NCBI GenBank assembly: GCA_021604805.1
Contig: BQJR01000002.1
Location: 936,391 to 1,000,390 of the forward strand
DNA length: 64,000 bases
Direction: 5' to 3'
Source of the DNA: Planctomycetota bacterium
GTDB lineage: Bacteria > Planctomycetota > B15-G4
Below, piece after piece: positions 55,049 to 64,000 of the stretch. Made by a program: the position numbers and the translations under genes. Under the pieces are notes generated by a model. It was not told the origin of the DNA. It ran no database searches and saw only the letters and a list, made by a program, of their open reading frames with translations. Numbering within the stretch: position 1 is the stretch's first letter; every line of letters starts with the position of its first letter.

Positions 55049-56695
55049 ATGTCATCCAGCAGCCGTGGAGAGAGCCGACGCCGTCGCGGGGGCTCGCTGG
55101 TCACGAAGCTCACCGGCACCTTCGCGGCTCTGGTGGCGATCTTCATGATCGTCTTCTTGTTCCTGCTCACCTCTTTTGTGGAGCAGGCGGTCACAGAGCG
55201 CGTGTTGCGCCAGGCCTCGGTCGCGGCGCGCACCGCGAGCCAAGCTGACATCGCCGCCTGGACCAAGACCTTCGGCACCGAAGACCAAGGTCTCAGCCTG
55301 GCCGAGATCCAGGAGCGCTTGCAGGCGATGTCGCCCAGCGAGCGCCGGATCTACACCGACAACCCGCGTCGTCTCGCTCAAGAAGAGTGGAACAGCGCGC
55401 GCTTCGAGCGCTTCGTGCAACCCGAGAGCGAGATCGTGGCGGCCGAGCTGTTGCGCCTGTTGCCCGACGGCAGCCTCGCGCTGGCCGCCAGCTCCTACGG
55501 CGGCGATCTCGACTTCCGCCCGGTGCGCGGTGGCGGCGACGAGGCCTTCGGCACCGGTTCCGCGGTCGAAGGCATCCTCGTGATCGACGGCTCCCAACGT
55601 CGCGTGATCCGCGGCAGCCATCCGCTCACCGACCGCGACGGCGCCAAGGTCGGCGAGATCAGCGTGTACATCGCGTCGGCCTCGATCGAAGCGGCGGCCG
55701 CCCGCCTGAAGCTCAAGGTCGCCTACGTGGCCATGGCCTTCGTGCTCATCGGCGCGCTCGTGGCCTTCTTGCTCGGGCGCCGGATCAGCGGTCCCTTGCG
55801 TCGTCTCCAGGAAGACGTGCACACCGTGGCGCGTGGCGACCTCGAACACCGCACGCGCGCCCGCAGCAGCGACGAGATCGGCGAGCTCGCGCGCAGCGTC
55901 GACCAGATGACCGAGAGCTTGCGCGAGGCCCGCGACGCCGAGCGCGAGGCTGCCGCCAGCCGTCACGAGCTCGAGGTCGCGGCGGAAGTCGCGGCGCGGC
56001 TCACGCCCGAGACCTTCTTCGCGCCCGCCGGCTGGGACGTCGCCGGGTTGCATCACGAGGGCAAGGGCCCCGCCGGCGAGTACGCCGATGCGTTGCAGAT
56101 GGCCGACGGTCGCGTGGGCTACCTCGTGGCCGGCGCCTCGGGCCGCGGCGTGGCCGCCGCGCTCGTGCTCGCCATGGCGCGCTCGTTCCTGCGCGTGGTC
56201 GCCGCCAGCGAGCGCGATCCCGGCGAGGTGCTGCGCAAAGTGAACGGCCTGCTCGCGGGCGACTTGCGCCAAGGCATGTACGTCACGGCGCTGCTCGTGG
56301 TCGTCGAGCCGAACGGACGCAGCGTGAGCGTGGCCAACGCCGGTCACCCGCCGCTGCTGCACTGGCGCGGCGCCAGCCAGGACCTCGACGTCGTGCACAG
56401 CGAAGGCATCGCGCTGGGCTTCGACAGCGGGCCGGTCTTCGATCGCACCTTGCGTGTGGCCTCGGTGCAACTCGGCGACGGCGACCGCGTGGTCTTGCAC
56501 GCGCCCGGCCTCATGGAGCTCCCCGGCGCCGACGGCACCCCGCTCGGCGAACGTCGCTTCGTGTCGCTCGTGGAGCGTGAGGCGCCGCTCATCTCCGAGT
56601 CCTTCGTGGGCCGCGTCGACGCCACGCTCAAGCGCTTCGCCGGCGGTGGGCGTCTGGAAAGCGATGTCACGTTGCTCACGCTGGCGCGACTCTGA
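55049..56695 (+). CDS. membrane HAMP + SpoIIE/RsbU-type PP2C domain protein, probable pseudophosphatase
   Basis: Two TMs flanking a periplasmic domain, HAMP (PLRRL...GDL....SSDEIGELA), and a SpoIIE fold (MYVTA, NAGHPP, GIALG). Confidence 0.88.
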   Translation: MSSSSRGESRRRRGGSLVTKLTGTFAALVAIFMIVFLFLLTSFVEQAVTERVLRQASVAARTASQADIAAWTKTFGTEDQGLSLAEIQERLQAMSPSERRIYTDNPRRLAQEEWNSARFERFVQPESEIVAAELLRLLPDGSLALAASSYGGDLDFRPVRGGGDEAFGTGSAVEGILVIDGSQRRVIRGSHPLTDRDGAKVGEISVYIASASIEAAAARLKLKVAYVAMAFVLIGALVAFLLGRRISGPLRRLQEDVHTVARGDLEHRTRARSSDEIGELARSVDQMTESLREARDAEREAAASRHELEVAAEVAARLTPETFFAPAGWDVAGLHHEGKGPAGEYADALQMADGRVGYLVAGASGRGVAAALVLAMARSFLRVVAASERDPGEVLRKVNGLLAGDLRQGMYVTALLVVVEPNGRSVSVANAGHPPLLHWRGASQDLDVVHSEGIALGFDSGPVFDRTLRVASVQLGDGDRVVLHAPGLMELPGADGTPLGERRFVSLVEREAPLISESFVGRVDATLKRFAGGGRLESDVTLLTLARL

Positions 56696-57015
56696 TGCAC
56701 GTCTCCGAGTTCCAACAGCTGATCGACACGATCTACGGCGCCAAGGATCGCGAGCGCGGAACGGCCACGACCTTCATGTGGTTGGCCGAGGAGGTCGGGG
56801 AGCTGAGCCGTGCGTTGCGGCGTCAGAGTCGCGAGGAGCTGGAGGGGGAGTTCGCCGACGTGTTCGCCTGGTTGTCCACGCTGGCATCGATCCACGGGGT
56901 CGATCTCGAGGCCGTGGCCGCCGCCAAGTACGGCAACGGCTGCCCGCGATGCTCGGCCACGCCCTGTTCCTGTGCCGAACCCAAGCCGTCGCACACCGTC
57001 GCGCACGGGGCGTGA
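56695..57015 (+). CDS. MazG-like nucleotide pyrophosphohydrolase
   Basis: WLAEEVGELSRA...EGEFADVFAWL with C-terminal CPRC...CSC. TGATG coupling with the upstream gene. Confidence 0.88.
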   Translation: MHVSEFQQLIDTIYGAKDRERGTATTFMWLAEEVGELSRALRRQSREELEGEFADVFAWLSTLASIHGVDLEAVAAAKYGNGCPRCSATPCSCAEPKPSHTVAHGA

Positions 57016-57089
57016 GCGGTGAACGCGCGCGGACACGGCACGCGTGACGGCGCGTGGTGCGCCCTGCGCATCGCGATCGAGGTGCCGCG

Positions 57090-59630
57090 GTGAGCAGCCT
57101 CTTCGGCGACGACTTCCTCGAGCCGGCCGCGAAGCCGAAAGCGAAGCGCGCTGCGAGCAAGGCCGCGGGTGCCGCCACGTCGGCGCAGCGCGCTGCGTCG
57201 CAGGCGAAGCGTGGCGCGAAGGCCGCTGCCGCCGACGCCGAGCTCGCCGAGGGCCCCGTCGCGCCGCGGCTCTACGCACGCGTGGCGCCGCCGATCCCGG
57301 TGGAGGGTCTGTTCAGCTACTCGGTGCCGGAGCGCTTGGCTGAGGGCCTCGTGCCGGGGATGCGTGTCACGGTTCCCTTCGGGGCGCAGAAGCTCTCGGC
57401 CATGGTGGTCGCGGTCGACGATCAGGCGCCGCCGAAGGGTGTGCGCGCGCGGCCGCTGATCGGCGTGGTCGAGCCCGAGCCGGTGGTCGGCGCCGACTTG
57501 CTCGCGCTGAGCGCGTGGGTCGCCTCGCGCACGGGCTGCTCCTTGGGCGAAGCGCTCGACGCCACCCTGCCGCGCGCGGTGAAGACCGGTCGCACGCAGA
57601 AAACCGTGGAGCACGCCGTGCTCGTGCGCGACTTGCCCACGCTCAAACAAGCTGTGGACTACTTGCAGGAGAAGCAGCCGAAGCAGGCGCGCGTGTTGCG
57701 CATCTTGGGCGATCGCGGCGGCAACCTGCCCACGCGCGAGCTCATGTCGCTGGCGCAAGTGAGTCGCTCACCGTTGCAAACGCTCGCACGCGACGGCGAG
57801 CTGCGCTTCGAACGCGTGCGGCCGGTGAACGATCCCTTGATGAGTGAGCCCGTTGCGCGCACCGAGCCGCACGAACTCGGCACGGAACAGGCCGAGGCGA
57901 TGAAGCAGCTGCGCTTGCGCCTGAAGCTGGCCTTCGCCATGCCAGCGCCGGCCGCGCGCGCCACCGAAGCGGGCGGCGCCGCGCTCGAAGAGTTGATCGC
58001 CGAGGGGCGCCGGCGCGCGCGTTCACCGCGCTTGGAAGGCGCCACGCCGGCGGTGTTGCTGCACGGCGTCACGGGCAGCGGCAAGACCGAGGTCTACTTG
58101 CAGCTTCTCGCCGACGTCGTCGAGCGCGGGCGGCAGGGCATCGTGCTCGTGCCCGAGATCAGTCTCACGCCGCAGACCGTGCGGCGCTTCCGCGAGCGCT
58201 TCGAGCGGGTGGCTGTGTTGCACAGTCATCTCACGGATGCCGAGCGTCACGAGCAATGGTTGCGCATTCGTGCCGGTGAGGCCGACGTGGTCGTGGGCGC
58301 GCGCTCCGCCGTGTTCGCGCCGGTGCCGAAGCTCGGCCTCGTGATCCTCGACGAAGAGCAAGAAACGAGCTTCAAGCAGAACAACGTGCCGCGCTACCAC
58401 GCGCGCGAGGTCGCCATCGAACGCGCGCGACTCGCGGGCGGGCTCGCGATCCTCGGCACGGCCACGCCCAGCTTGGAAACCGAACGCCGCGCGCGCGACG
58501 GCGAGATCCCGCGGCTCGTGCTCAGCGAACGCATGGCCGGCGGGCGCACGCCCGAGATCCAACTCGTGGATCTCACGATCGAAGAGCGGCGTCACGGCTT
58601 CAGCTTGATCAGCGATCAGTTGCGCGCGGCGATGGACAACGCGCTGGGCAAGGGCGGGCAAGTGATCTTGTTCCTGAACCGCCGCGGGTGGTCGCCCGTG
58701 ATGTTGTGTCGTGGTTGCCGGTCGACGGTGAAGTGTCCCGACTGCGCCGTCGCCATGACGCTGCACAAGCGCGTGAACCGCGTGCTGTGTCACTACTGCG
58801 GGACCGAGCAGGCGCCGCCGGTGCACTGCCCGAACTGCAGCGAGCCGCTCACGCCGCTGGGTTTCGGCACCGAGAAGGTCGAAGACGAAGTGCGTCGCGC
58901 CTTCCCGGGCCACACCACCGCGCGCATGGACAGCGACACCATGACCGGCCGCGGCGCGCACGAGTCGGTGCTCTCGGCCTTCGCGCGCGGCGAGGTCTCG
59001 GTGCTCGTCGGCACGCAGATGATCGCGAAGGGGCTCGACTTCCCGAACGCCACCCTGGTGGGCGTGTTGTGTGCGGACTCGGCGCTGTTCTTGCCCGACT
59101 ACCGCGCGTCGGAGCGCACCTTTCAATTGCTCGCGCAGGTCGTGGGGCGCACCGGTCGCGGCCCGCAAGGCGGGCGCGTGGTCGTGCAGGCCTACGACCC
59201 GCGTCACGAGGCGATCCGCACCGGCGTGGCGCAGGATCACGATGCCTTCTCGCGCGCGGAGTTGAAGGCGCGCGAAGAGCTCGGCTACCCGCCCTACGGC
59301 CGGCTGTTGCGCGTGGTCGTGCAGGGCGAAGAGCTCTCGGCCACGGAACAGCGCGCGCGCGACATCGTGCAGCACTTGATCACCGAGCTCGGCGCGAGCG
59401 TGAACGGCGTGCTCGCCGGCGAAACACCCGAGGCGCGCTCGCGCGTGGAGTTGCTCGGCCCGGCGCCGGCGCCGATCCCGCGCCTGCAGCGTCGGCATCG
59501 CATTCACATGGTGGCGAAATGTCGCGACGACGAAGCCGTCGGTCTGGTGCTCGACGCGCTCGAGGGTCAGCTCACGCCGGCCCGCGGCGTGCGCGCGCTG
59601 CTCGACGTCGACCCGCTGTCGATGCTCTGA
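57090..59630 (+). CDS. priA: primosomal protein N' (replication restart helicase)
   Basis: LHGVTGSGKTEVY, LVPEISLTPQ, GARSAVFAP, TATPSLE, four CxxC, GTQMIAKGLDFP and QVVGRTGRG. Confidence 0.97.
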   Translation: MSSLFGDDFLEPAAKPKAKRAASKAAGAATSAQRAASQAKRGAKAAAADAELAEGPVAPRLYARVAPPIPVEGLFSYSVPERLAEGLVPGMRVTVPFGAQKLSAMVVAVDDQAPPKGVRARPLIGVVEPEPVVGADLLALSAWVASRTGCSLGEALDATLPRAVKTGRTQKTVEHAVLVRDLPTLKQAVDYLQEKQPKQARVLRILGDRGGNLPTRELMSLAQVSRSPLQTLARDGELRFERVRPVNDPLMSEPVARTEPHELGTEQAEAMKQLRLRLKLAFAMPAPAARATEAGGAALEELIAEGRRRARSPRLEGATPAVLLHGVTGSGKTEVYLQLLADVVERGRQGIVLVPEISLTPQTVRRFRERFERVAVLHSHLTDAERHEQWLRIRAGEADVVVGARSAVFAPVPKLGLVILDEEQETSFKQNNVPRYHAREVAIERARLAGGLAILGTATPSLETERRARDGEIPRLVLSERMAGGRTPEIQLVDLTIEERRHGFSLISDQLRAAMDNALGKGGQVILFLNRRGWSPVMLCRGCRSTVKCPDCAVAMTLHKRVNRVLCHYCGTEQAPPVHCPNCSEPLTPLGFGTEKVEDEVRRAFPGHTTARMDSDTMTGRGAHESVLSAFARGEVSVLVGTQMIAKGLDFPNATLVGVLCADSALFLPDYRASERTFQLLAQVVGRTGRGPQGGRVVVQAYDPRHEAIRTGVAQDHDAFSRAELKAREELGYPPYGRLLRVVVQGEELSATEQRARDIVQHLITELGASVNGVLAGETPEARSRVELLGPAPAPIPRLQRRHRIHMVAKCRDDEAVGLVLDALEGQLTPARGVRALLDVDPLSML

Positions 59631-59667
59631 AGCGAACCGCTCGCCCGGAACCGAAAGCCACGCACTC

Positions 59668-60216
59668 ATGCCCAAAGCGCCCGAAGAGCACGTGCTGATC
59701 AGCCGCTTCGACACGGCCATGGGCGGGACCGTGCTCGCGAGCAGCGTGAAGGGCCTGCTGTTCTGCACGCTGCCCGGTGAGCAGCGCGACTCGCTCGGTC
59801 GCTGGCTCACGCGCTTCGCGCCGCACGCTGTGATCGACGAAGGCCGTGGCCGCAACGGCAAGGTGATCGACGCGCTCTGCGGCTACCTCGCCGGCAAGCG
59901 CAAGCGCGGCCTGCCGCGCTTCGACCTCGACTTGCGCGGCACCGACTTCCAGCGCGATGTGTGGGCCACGCTGGCCGAGGTCCCGCACGGCAGCACGATC
60001 GCTTACGGCGAGCTCGCCACGCGCGCGGGTTATCCCGGGGCCTCGCGGGCATGCGGCACGGCGGCGGGCAGCAATCCGCTGCCGCTCTTCGTGCCTTGCC
60101 ATCGCGTGATCGCGAGCGGCGGTCGCCTCGGGGGCTTTGGCGGACGCCTCGACCTGAAACGCGCCCTGCTCGCCCTCGAAGGCGTGGACCGCTTCCGTGA
60201 GACGCGACCTCGCTAG
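59668..60216 (+). CDS. ogt: methylated-DNA--protein-cysteine S-methyltransferase
   Basis: GTDFQRDVW, VPHGSTIAYGELA, RACGTA..SNP and VPCHRVI. Confidence 0.93.
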   Translation: MPKAPEEHVLISRFDTAMGGTVLASSVKGLLFCTLPGEQRDSLGRWLTRFAPHAVIDEGRGRNGKVIDALCGYLAGKRKRGLPRFDLDLRGTDFQRDVWATLAEVPHGSTIAYGELATRAGYPGASRACGTAAGSNPLPLFVPCHRVIASGGRLGGFGGRLDLKRALLALEGVDRFRETRPR

Positions 60217-60800
60217 ATCAGCAGCAGCGCCGTGATGAGTGCGAGCAGCGTGGCGCAGGGCAGCGTCATCACGTTGTCGCGGCGCCAGGCGGGTTCTTCG
60301 GCGTGGAGCTCGGGCGCGGCGATGCCCCAGGCGATGAACAGTGCGGCGGCGAGGCCGTGCACCAGGGCGAGCAAGGCGGCGGGTGCGAAGCTGCCGCGCC
60401 AGAGCGCGGCGAGGGTTTCGCTGAGCGCGGGGTCCGCGCCGCTCTGTGCGCGGACCGCGATCTGGAACCATGTCGCCGCCGCGCAGAAGCTGGCCGCGCC
60501 GAGGCCGAGGCCCACGCGACGCAAGCGTTCGGCGCGCGGTGCGGCAGTGAGCGCCTGGAGCGCGACCCATAAGCCCGCTAGGCCGAGCACGTCGAAGCTG
60601 AGCGCGACGTGGCCCAGTTCGCGCGGCACGCCGGGCGGGCGCGCGAGCGTCAACGCGTTCCAGCACAGCACGCCGAGCAGGGCCGCGAACAGGAACAGCA
60701 AGCGCCGGTGCCAACGCAGACGCCCACCGCGCGGCGCGCGGCGCGTGAGCAGAGCGGCCAGGAGCAGGCCGTGGATCAGGCAGAGCAGCGCGAAGTCCAT
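60213..60800 (-). CDS. hypothetical integral membrane protein
   Basis: About 6 hydrophobic segments. Same strand as, and 30 bp downstream of, the sulfatase gene. Confidence 0.6.
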   Translation of the reverse strand: MDFALLCLIHGLLLAALLTRRAPRGGRLRWHRRLLFLFAALLGVLCWNALTLARPPGVPRELGHVALSFDVLGLAGLWVALQALTAAPRAERLRRVGLGLGAASFCAAATWFQIAVRAQSGADPALSETLAALWRGSFAPAALLALVHGLAAALFIAWGIAAPELHAEEPAWRRDNVMTLPCATLLALITALLLI

Positions 60801-60829
60801 GTGCTCTTACTTCGCGTTCCGGCGGCGCT

Positions 60830-62416
60830 TCACTTGATGTAACCCCAGCCCTTCATGCGCTCGAGGATCGCGGGGTCGATCGGTTGAGTGTTGTCGCCCC
60901 CAGCCCAGGGCAGCAGGCCTCGACGCGCCTCCATGGCTTCCACGGCGGAGCGCAGCGCGCGGCCGGCGGCCTCGGTTTGCGGACCCGGCGCGAGCGGCGA
61001 CAGTTCCTCTGGATCGCTACGACGGTCGAAGACCTGCAACGTTTCACGACCATCAGTGTGCCGGCGACGCAGCACGGCGTGGAAGTCGCCGGTGGTGAGC
61101 GAGACCATCTCGTCGCCCGGTTGATCGAGGATCGGCTTGAGCACGGCGCTCGACACGACCGGCGGACGCGCGCTGTGCTCCGCTGTGCCCGCGGCGAGCT
61201 CGTCGAGGGCGCGACCGTCTGCGCCGGGGAGTCCGGTCAGCCCGGCCAGCGACAAGATCGTGGGCGCGATGTCGGCCTGACTCACGGTGTCGCTCACGCG
61301 GCGCCCGCTCGGCAGCGCGCGCGGCAGGCGCAGGATGAACGGCACGTGGAGCAGCTCGCGGTAGAGCCCGTAGTGGTGCTCCTTGTAGCCACGCTCGAAG
61401 AAGCCCTCGCCGTGATCCGCGGTGACGACCACGAGCGTGTCCTCGGCGCGGCCGATTTCTTCGAGGGCCTGAAACACGCGGGCGAGTTGTTCGTCGACCC
61501 AGTGGATCTCGCCGTCGTAGAGCGCGCGGATCCACGCGAGATCGCGCTCGTTCATCTCGGCGTGCACGTCGGGATGCGCGGGGTAGTGCTCGGGGCTGAG
61601 CGTGCCGTTGTAGTCGGTGTCGAAGAGCCGGTCGTGCGGGGCGGGCGGGATGTAGTCGCTGTGGATGTCGTTGTAGTGCAGGAACAGGAAGAAGGGCTGT
61701 TCGCTGGGGAGCTGATCGAGGAAGGCCAGGCCGCGCGCTGTCACCTGTTCGCTGGATTGCTCCGCGAAGTAGTCGCTCTCGCGGGCGCCGGGTTCGGGGA
61801 AGCGCGTGCCGCTGGTGGAGCCTTTGGCGTCGCCTTTGCGCTCGATCATGGCGCGCAGGTCGTCGTCGGTGGCGGCGCGGGCGTACTCGTCGAAACCACG
61901 GGCGTAGCCGAACTTCTCGCCGAGGAAGGGATTGCTGTAGAAGCCGGCGGTGGCGTAGCCCGCGTCGCGGAAAGGCTCCACGAGCGTGGGGCAGGCTTCG
62001 GGGAGCAGGTCGCTGGCTTCCTCCACGCCATGGGTGAGCGCGGAGAGGCCGGTGAACAGGCTGGTGTGCGTGGGCAGCGTCCAGTTGGCCGTGGCCACGC
62101 AGTCTTCGAAGAGCACCCCTTGCTCGGCGAGGGCGCGCAGGTTCGGGGCGGTCTCGCGGGTGTAGCCGTAGGCCTCGAGGTGGTCGGCGCGCAGGGTGTC
62201 GAGCGACACGAAGAGCACGTTCAGCGGAGCGGTTTCGGTGGCCGGTTCGGCGGCGTCCGGTCCGCAGCCCGACACGCCCACCACCAGCGCGGCCGAGAGC
62301 ATGAAGCCCGCGCGGCGCTCCCCCGACCGGAGCGAGCCCGCGCAGCGCGCGGCCGACCGGAGCAAGCCCGCGAGGCGCGCGGCCGAGAGGCGGAGGGCGT
62401 CGAAACGTGGGTTCAT
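60830..62416 (-). CDS. sulfatase-like hydrolase (probable lipoprotein; alternative start 62302)
   Basis: NVLFVSLDTLRADHL, NWTLPTHTSLFTG, FLHYNDIH, YDGEI, TADHGE and LHVPFI. VSGC lipobox. Confidence 0.9.
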   Translation of the reverse strand: MNPRFDALRLSAARLAGLLRSAARCAGSLRSGERRAGFMLSAALVVGVSGCGPDAAEPATETAPLNVLFVSLDTLRADHLEAYGYTRETAPNLRALAEQGVLFEDCVATANWTLPTHTSLFTGLSALTHGVEEASDLLPEACPTLVEPFRDAGYATAGFYSNPFLGEKFGYARGFDEYARAATDDDLRAMIERKGDAKGSTSGTRFPEPGARESDYFAEQSSEQVTARGLAFLDQLPSEQPFFLFLHYNDIHSDYIPPAPHDRLFDTDYNGTLSPEHYPAHPDVHAEMNERDLAWIRALYDGEIHWVDEQLARVFQALEEIGRAEDTLVVVTADHGEGFFERGYKEHHYGLYRELLHVPFILRLPRALPSGRRVSDTVSQADIAPTILSLAGLTGLPGADGRALDELAAGTAEHSARPPVVSSAVLKPILDQPGDEMVSLTTGDFHAVLRRRHTDGRETLQVFDRRSDPEELSPLAPGPQTEAAGRALRSAVEAMEARRGLLPWAGGDNTQPIDPAILERMKGWGYIK

Positions 62417-62599
62417 GGAGGCTGCCGGTGGAGGCGCGGGGAGTTTACCCGATGCCCCGGAGCGCTTTGCCCGACGCGGGACGTGCGCGAAGTGCTCCGG
62501 ACCTTACAATCACTTGTTGCGGCTGGGTAGCGAAGTGGCTTCCCCAGTCGTGCGGCGCGATGAGCGCGAGCCGCGAGAACCCGAACGCAGGAGTGCCCC

Positions 62600-63979
<1,380 letters not shown>

Positions 63980-64000
63980 TGTCGCGAGCTTGAAACGCTA

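Noticed and set aside
60807-60833. Mini-ORF MKRRRNAK (-) bridging the sulfatase stop and the membrane protein start
   Set aside because: It could mediate translational coupling, but 8 codons is readily explained by chance and there is no supporting evidence.
62303-62390. Two to three degenerate 30-bp tandem repeats (CCGACCGGAGCRAGCCCGCG...) at the sulfatase 5' end
   Set aside because: No spacers and no cas genes, so not CRISPR. Likely local slippage in a signal-peptide or UTR region.

Overview
High-GC (about 70% by eye) bacterial chromosomal segment, most likely from a Planctomycetota genome (inferred from the ECF sigma/Ser-Thr kinase pairs, sulfatase-like lipoproteins and many secreted FG-GAP proteins). 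About 48 CDSs. Housekeeping blocks: kdsB; LysM-anmK-mtnP; gspK-aroF-tpiA-secG-yicC-gmk-rpoZ; ftsK; rimO-pgsA-SpoIIE-mazG-priA-ogt; cystathionine beta-synthase. Accessory genes encode secreted beta-propeller/beta-helix proteins and signalling modules. I saw no tRNA, rRNA, CRISPR array, transposase or integrase. One intergenic long hairpin resembles 6S RNA. The best candidate for an undescribed system is a ~120-aa module (G-x-[AP]-G-T...P-[FI]-K-x-G-x-L...Q-x4-D-P-x-A-x2-G-x2-S-x2-L) that I do not recognise as a named family. It is shared by five secreted FG-GAP proteins, N-terminal in two and C-terminal in three, and may be a lineage-specific surface-display or sorting domain. Also notable: a head-to-head ECF sigma/kinase pair with starts about 17 bp apart and Ser in place of the DAED motif, and several apparent pseudoenzymes. 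Many start codons were re-picked by eye from the ORF track.
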